DNA of 38,207 nucleotides from Chiloscyllium plagiosum (lineage: Eukaryota), in the NCBI RefSeq assembly GCF_004010195.1, contig NC_057752.1:7518728-7556934 (forward strand), written 5' to 3'. Each line of letters starts with the position of its first letter. Position 1 is the stretch's first letter. The notes beneath the pieces are model-generated. The model was given only the letters and a program-made list of their open reading frames with translations. It made no database searches and was not told the origin of the DNA. Shown here piece after piece: positions 34,400-38,207 of this stretch. Made by a program: the position numbers and the translations under genes.

Positions 34400-36676
34400 A
34401 ACTGTCTCTCTTGCTTAGAGGAGTCTTGTGTCCAGCATTGGCATTACTGTTGCCATTTCACCCTCCCCCCAGGTTGGGAAGATCAGATTTAACCTGGTGT
34501 GGGGTCTTCACCCCATTAGTAACTCTGCTGGAGCTATCCCTGTAGTTGCATGAGAGGTAGTCCTATAATCAAATAGGAACCGGGACAGTTTGGTATTGAG
34601 TGAAGCCGTAGGCTGTTTCTTTAAGCCTGTCTTAAAAGTTTGGATTATTTTTTCCACCAGACTGTTGGATGATGGAGCTGTCCTTATCTGCCGAATGCCA
34701 TTCGACTTTAGGAAATACTCAAATTCCATGCTGGTTAATGATGGCCCATTGTCTGTGACCAACACTTCCAGAAGCCAGTGTACTGCAAAAGATGTTCGCA
34801 ACTTTTCAAGCGTCATCCCTGTGTTTGACAAATAAACTCTGCACATCCAACCACTTTGAATGGGCGTCCACAATGACTAAGAACGTTGAGACCATGAAAG
34901 GACCGGCATAGTGAACGTGTAACTGAGTTCAGAGTTTACTTGGCTATTCCCATGAATGTGGGGACGCTGCTGGTGATAATATTTGTTCTTTCTTGGCATT
35001 CTGGGCACTGCTCCACCAACACAGTTATGTCTGCAACCAATCCTGGCCACCAGACATAACTTCTCACTAACATCTTCATTTTGGACACCCCTGGATGACC
35101 CTGGTGGAGTTCAGCCAGTATCTGAACATGACCTTTGCTCAGGACAACCCATCTTGCCGTCCTCTATGGTGATCTTGTCTTGCCAGGTCCAGAAAGGTTT
35201 CAATTCTGGTCATGACGGCCCTTTTGTTTCCCTCATCACCACCAGCTGTTTTAATTTTGCTAGGACCGGATCTTTTTGTATCCACAGTCGGATATTGTCA
35301 GTGGTGATGGGAAGGTGTCCATGGGAAGGTGGGAAAGTTTAAAACCAGAATGGACTGTTCCAGTGGCAGTGACACCGGTGAAGTATCTGCCAGTTGGGAG
35401 GTGTCTCAATGCATCACTTTTGCAACTTGGCTTCCCAGATGGTGTTCCAACTTGTAATTGTGTGCACTCAGAATGACAGCCCACTGTTGAATTTGACCTG
35501 AAGCTATGGACAGCCCTGCCTTGTCTTCATTGAGTAGCCCTAGCAGGGGTTTGTGGTCTCTTCCTGTTACAAATTTATGTCCGTAAAGGTATTGGTGGAA
35601 CTTTTTCACACCAAGGTTGACCATATTTGCGCTTTGCAGCAGCCAAAGTCCGGGAAGCATACAGTATTGGGCGTTCCTCTCCATTGGGTCGTCTGTGAGC
35701 CAATACGACCCTGATACCGTACAGGGAGGCACTGCATGTCAGCATCAGATCTTGCTTGGGATCATAAGTGTGCCAACACCTTAGACAATGATAGCTGTTT
35801 CCTCACTTCCTGAAAGGCGACTGTTTAACTACAAGACCATTTCCAAGACTGACTCTTTTTCAATAGCAGATTTAAGGGTGCCAGGATGGAGGTGAGGTTA
35901 CATATGAATTTTCTGTAATAATTCACCAATCCATGGAAAGTCCTAACCTCTGGTACAGATGTGGGAGCTGGGGCACCTTTGATCACCTTCACTTCATCTT
36001 CCAATGGGTGTAACTCGGTCTTGTCGACTCTGTAACACATGTAGGTCACTTAGGGTGCCTGGAACGCACATTTTTCCCTTCTAAGGCATATGCCGCCTTG
36101 GAGAAATATCTAAAGACTATGTCGAAGTTCTCCAAGTGCTCTTTATTGGTCTTCCCAGTTATTAGCACGTCACCTAGATAAATGGTAACCCGGGATGGAC
36201 CTTGTAAAATGTTTTCCATCGTCCACTGGAAAATGGCACAGGCTGACGATACCCCAAATGGCAGCCTTGTATATTGGGACAAACCCTTATGGGTATGCAC
36301 TGTAGAAGACTTCTGGCAATTCTCACCTAATCACAATTGCATAGCTCATGTCCAGCTTTGTGAAGGACAGCCTTCCTGCCAGCTTTGCATATAAATCCTC
36401 TATACAAGGCTTTGGGTATTTACCCAGCTGTGAAAAGTGGTTTACTATTTGTTTATAATCCTTACAAAGGCAAATTGGCCGTCGGGCTTCACAATCGGTA
36501 TAACAGGTGCCGCCCATTCCACAAACTGGATTAGTTTGATGATTTCTTCATTTTCCAGCCTCCTGATCTCTGTCTCTACTTTGTGCATGTCAGGCAAATG
36601 GCACTGGACGGGCCTTGCAGATTCGTGGAATTGCTTCCTGGTCAATATGTAAGGTGACCTTGGTTCCTGTGATAGT
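34400..36676 (-). pseudogene. Gypsy pol remnant (RT - RNase H - integrase), multiply frameshifted
   Basis: EWAAPVIPIVKPDG; LPFGVSSACAIFQ..YLGDVLITG; GLVNYYRKFICNL; GVKKFHQYLYGHKF..DHKPLLGL; VTDNGPSLTSMEF..YRTTSHATTGIAPAELLMG; RT-RH-IN order. Confidence 0.93.
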
Positions 36677-37802
36677 CACAGAGTCTTATATGTTTACAGC
36701 ATGGAAACAGACCCTATGGCCTAACCTGTCCAGACTGTCCAGTTTTCACAATTAATCTAGTCCCATTTGCCTGTGTTTGGTCCACATCCCTCCATACCCA
36801 TCCCATCCTAGTACCTGTCCAAATATTTTTTAAATACCAAAATTGTACTCACCACCATCACTACCTCTGGCAGCCCATTCCAGACACTCACCACCCTCTG
36901 TGTGAAAGAAATTGCCCCTCTGGACCCTTTTGTACCTCTCCCCTCTCGCCTTAAACCTATGCCCACTAGCTTTAGACTCCCCTACCATGGCTAAAAGCTG
37001 TTGGCTTTATCTACCTTATCTATGCTTCTCATGGTTTGATAAACCTCTGTAAGGTCACCCCTCAGTCTCCTATGCTCCAGGGAAAAAAGTCCCAGCCTAT
37101 CCAGCCTCTCCTTATAACTCAAACCTTCCAGTTCACATAGCATTCTAGTAAATCTTTCCTGCAGTCTTTCTAGTTTAATAATATCCTTTCTATAGTAGAG
37201 TGATCAGAATTGCACACAGTACTCCAAATGTGGCCTTAGCAACGTCTTGTACAACTGCAACAAGATATCCCATCTCCAATACTCAATGCTCTGACCGATG
37301 AAAGCAAGCATGCTGAAAGTCTTCTTCACTGCCCTGTCTACCTGTGACTCTACTTTCAAGGAGCTATGAACCTGTTCTCCTAGATCTCTTGGTTCTACAA
37401 CACTCCCCAGGGTGCTACCATTGACTGTGTCAATCCTGCCCATGTTTGACCTACCAAAATGCAACACATTGCAAAATTAAACTCAACTTTCCATTCCTCA
37501 GCCCACTGGGTCAGTTGATGTATTCCCAGATAACCTCCTTCATTGTCCAACATATCACAAATCTTAGTGTCACCCATAAACTTACTAACCATGCCTTTTA
37601 AATTCACATCCAAATCATTTATATTAATGATAAATAATAGTGGACCCAGCACCGATCCCAGTGACATACCGCTGGTTTTTCCAATTTGAAAAAACTGTCC
37701 TCTACCACCACCCTCTGTCTTTGACCTTCAAGCCAATTTTGTATCCAGTTGGCCAGCTCTCCCTGGATCCTGAGAGATTTAACCTTACTCAACAACCTAA
37801 CC
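36677..37802 (-). mobile_element. CR1 LINE 3' portion (RT to tail)
   Basis: GSVLGPLLFIININDLD..SKFMGDTK; LYKTLLRPHLEYCVQF; tail agggtctgtttccatgctgt near 36700. Confidence 0.92.
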
Positions 37803-38015
37803 TGGGATTTTAACTTTCCAAACATTGACTGGGACAGCCATAGTGTTAAAGGTTTAGATGGAGAGGAATTTCTTAAGTGTGTACAAGACCCTGGATCCGT
37901 GAGATTTAACCTTACTCAACAACCTAACCTGGGATTTTAACTTTCCAAACATTGACTGGGACAGCCATAGTGTTAAAGGTTTAGATGGAGAGGAATTTCT
38001 TAAGTGTGTACAAGA
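37761..38015 (+). repeat. Tandem duplication, 128 + 127 bp
   Basis: ccctggatcc...gtgtgtacaaga at 37761-37888 and 37889-38015. Confidence 0.93.
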
Positions 38016-38207
38016 CAATTTTCTGATTCAGTATGTGGATGTACCTACTAGAGAAGGTGCAAAGCTTGACCTACTCTTGGGAAATAAGGCAGGACAGGTG
38101 ACTGAGGTGTCAGTGGGGGAGCACTTTGGGGCCAGCGACCATAATTCTATTCGTTTTAAAATAGTGATGGAAAAGGATAGACCAGATCTAAAAGTTGAAG
38201 TCCTAAA
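37803..38207 (+). mobile_element. Young CR1 LINE, ORF2 endonuclease C-terminal part (runs off the window)
   Basis: From ~37933 open frame DFNFPNIDWDSHSVKGLDGEEFLKCVQDNFLIQYVDVPTREGAKLDLLLGN...GASDHNSIRF. Confidence 0.92.

Overview
Vertebrate, gene-free, repeat-dense genomic DNA; the repeat repertoire (HE1/V-SINE, Deu-domain SINEs, CR1-type LINEs, Penelope-like elements) points to a cartilaginous fish, probably a shark (inference). No intact host gene, rRNA, tRNA gene or CRISPR array is supported. The window is a mosaic of decayed CR1 LINEs, three Gypsy pol remnants, four solo LTR-like elements, tRNA-derived SINEs, TA-flanked MITEs and three remnants of intron-containing Myb/SANT genes of Harbinger-type DNA transposons. 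The most striking signal is a dense set of short Penelope-derived elements carrying minimal type I hammerhead ribozymes (9 motifs, about 4 sequence families). Two of them are inserted as near-perfect palindromes (217-bp and 83-bp arms) flanked by 13-15 bp target-site duplications. All family assignments come from motif recognition by eye, not from database searches.
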